Source: Felis catus (Eukaryota). From it: a stretch of 64,000 bases of DNA. The stretch lies in the NCBI RefSeq assembly GCF_018350175.1, contig NC_058383.1:9674001-9738000 (forward strand), written 5' to 3'. This document shows positions 61,874 through 64,000 of this stretch, one piece after another. The translations under genes and the position numbers were made by a program. Each line of letters opens with the position of its first letter. The stretch's first letter is position 1. The notes below the pieces were generated by a model. That model did not search any database. It was given only the letters and a program-made list of their open reading frames with translations, and was not told where the DNA came from.

Positions 61874-61927
61874 TAACTCCTCATCCTTTTTGGCCCCAAC
61901 TCGAGACTTTTTAAAAATACAGCAAGA

Positions 61928-62147
61928 GGGGCATCTGAGTGGCTCAGTCGGTTAAGCATCTGACTTCAGCTCAGGTCATGATCTCATGGTTAGTGGGCTC
62001 AAGCCCTGCGTCGGGCTCCATACTGACGGCTCAGAGCCTGGAGCCTACTTCAGATTCTGTGTCTCCCTCTCACTCTGCTCCTACCCCATTCATGCTCTGT
62101 TTCTCTCTGTCTCAAAAATAAATAAACATAAATTAAAAAAAAAATTT
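61928..62147 (+). mobile_element. Can-SINE (SINEC)
   Basis: TSD aaat(a/g)cagcaaga. Confidence 0.94.
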
Positions 62148-63009
62148 AAATGCAGCAAGAAACGCAGGGGGAGAGCTTGTATCTTAAAGCAGCATCTTCA
62201 GCTTTGAGGAGGAAAATGGATTTTAAAATGAAGAACAAAGAATGGGCCAGGTAATTGCCAAGTTGAACAGCTTGAAACTCCATGAGGGGAGCTGTTTTGG
62301 GGTTTCTGTGTGAAGGGAGGAAAGAGAAGATTCCAGATATATTGCCCCCTTCTCTGTCGCCCCCACCCCCAGGAAAAATGAGAGGGCCATGGGTTCCATG
62401 CCTTTCCTTGCAGAAGCTTGGGGCAGGGGAGACCGTCACCAGGCTCGCTGCAACACCAGATCTAACTGAGAATGGTGTCGGGTGACACCTTGGCCCCACC
62501 TGGCCTCCACAGGGAAAGAGAGGTCTGCTTATCCGGTGTGGTCACTGTGCCCTGCCCCCCAGGAGCCTCTGTGGTGGCCCAGGAGCTCATGGCCACTGAG
62601 CACACTTCCCATGCACTGGATATCAATCATCCCATTTAATCCTGTCCACAACCCTAGGTCATCTCCAAAAGACAGGCACAGTGAGGGTAAGGTCCTTATC
62701 TAGACCATACGGCTATATGTGGTCAAGCCAGAATCCTTGCTCTTACCAGGATGCTAGTTGAGCCAGATCCTAGGGGCCGGGCGAGGGGAGGAACGGTGAG
62801 GTTGGCAGGATGAGAACTGGCAGGAGACTCTATAAAATAAAACCTGTTATACCCATAAGGACAGGTGTGTTATTTATTAATAAAATTAGCAATACAGGGA
62901 ACTTTTTGGAGCCCAGAAAATTTCATGGGCATTCATAGTTTACTCTAGGTACTTGTCTCATGTTGTTTTTCATTTGATCCTTCATAACTTCTTGTGAGAG
63001 GGGTGTTTT

Positions 63010-63184
63010 GTTTTGTTTTTTTTATTTATTTTTTGAGAGAGAGAGCATGAGCCGGGGAGGGGCAGAGAGAGGGGGACAGAGGATCCGAAGTGGGCTCTGC
63101 GCTGACAGGCTGAAACTCACAAACCGTGAGGTCATGAACTGAGCTGAAGTTGGACATTCAATCGACTGAGCCACCCACGTGCTC
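63010..63184 (-). mobile_element. Can-SINE (SINEC) inside a MIR
   Basis: TSD tgagaggggtgtttt; MIR text continues cccattttatggagcgagaaactgaagcccacagag. Confidence 0.9.
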
Positions 63185-63555
63185 TGAGAGGGGTGTTTTT
63201 ATGCCCATTTTATGGAGCGAGAAACTGAAGCCCACAGAGTAAGATGCCTCAGGTTGTACGACGAGTGTGTATGTGAGCCTTGCTGTGTGTAGGGTATGGG
63301 TCTGATGGTTGTGGGCCAGTGGGGTTCTCAGAACAGAGGCGACCCCAGCCCAGGGGAGGGGCAGGAATCCCCAGCTTCATGAGGTCACAGGGTTATTTTT
63401 CCTAAATTTTATTATTCAAATCATGGATTCTAACAAATGCAAATGACATGTTTTTTTATTTAACATGTATATTATTTAATAAGCTTAATAATATAATAAT
63501 AATAACATATATATTATTTAATAAGCTCTGCCTCCATACTGATCCCATTTATTTA

Positions 63556-63974
63556 CAATTTTTAATGTTTACTTATTTTTTGAGAGAGAGAGCACAAGTG
63601 GGGGAGGGACAGAGAGAGAGGGGGACACAGACTCTGAAGCAGGTTCCAGGCTCTGGGCTGTCAGCACAGAGTCCAATGCAGGACTCAAACTCACAAGCTG
63701 TGACATTATGATCTGAGCTGCAGTTGGATGCTTAACGGACTGAGCCCCATTTATTTATTTTTTTTAATTTTTTTAACGTTTTTATTTATTATTTTTGAGA
63801 GATAGAGCGCAAGCAGGGGAGGGGCAGAGAGAGAGGGAGACACAGAATCCGAAGCGGGCTCCAGGCTCTGAGCTGTCAGCACAGAGCCCGACGCGAGGCT
63901 TGAAGCCACCAACCACAAGATCATGACTTGAACTAAAGTTGGATACACAACTGGCTGAGCCACCCAGGTGCCCC
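63556..63974 (-). mobile_element. Two tandem Can-SINEs (63556-63745 5'-truncated; 63758-63974)
   Basis: Inner TSD CCCATTTATTTA at 63544-63555 and 63746-63757. Confidence 0.92.
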
Positions 63975-64000
63975 ATAATGTTGCCATTTATTAAAAGGAT

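Larger units (their letters stand above)
6594..64000 (+). other. HIP1: HIP1 intron 1 (5' part, continues beyond window)
   Basis: Starts at GT donor 6594; the expected next peptide (TVSINKAINTQEVAVKEKHAR) was not seen in the window; HIP1 intron 1 is known to be very long. Confidence 0.85.

Noticed and set aside
1..64000. CRISPR-like arrays, prokaryotic or viral coding cassettes, NUMT, processed pseudogene, snoRNA/miRNA
   Set aside because: None recognised by eye; the multi-copy short repeats are TSDs separated by retroelements. Small RNAs or a short alternative exon cannot be excluded without Rfam/BLAST or RNA-seq.

Overview
Mammalian genomic DNA, almost certainly a felid, judged from about 55 carnivore tRNA-Lys-derived Can-SINEs, seven of them of the young cat SINEC_Fc type. 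The only gene recognised is HIP1 (huntingtin-interacting protein 1) on the + strand: a CpG-island promoter (about 5570-6960), coding exon 1 (6474-6593, MDRMASSMKQ...ERESFERTQ, ending at CAG|GTGAGG) and the first 57 kb of its long intron 1. Exon 2 was not found in the window. The rest is interspersed repeats (SINEC, L1, L2, MIR, MER44/Tigger elements, MLT1/ERVL LTR relics) and simple repeats; nearly all other listed ORFs are repeat or GC-content artefacts. I found no convincing new biological system. The most notable unexplained structure is: (i) repeated re-use of single retrotransposition target sites, up to four copies of one site separating three tandem inserts; (ii) a GAAT/GAGT array with a 151-159 bp higher-order period and many GTGAGT motifs on the sense strand; (iii) an in-frame GTG in strong context plus G-quadruplex motifs just upstream of the HIP1 ATG; (iv) close inverted SINE pairs and templated micro-rearrangements. 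Repeat family names come from recalled consensus sequences and boundaries are approximate.
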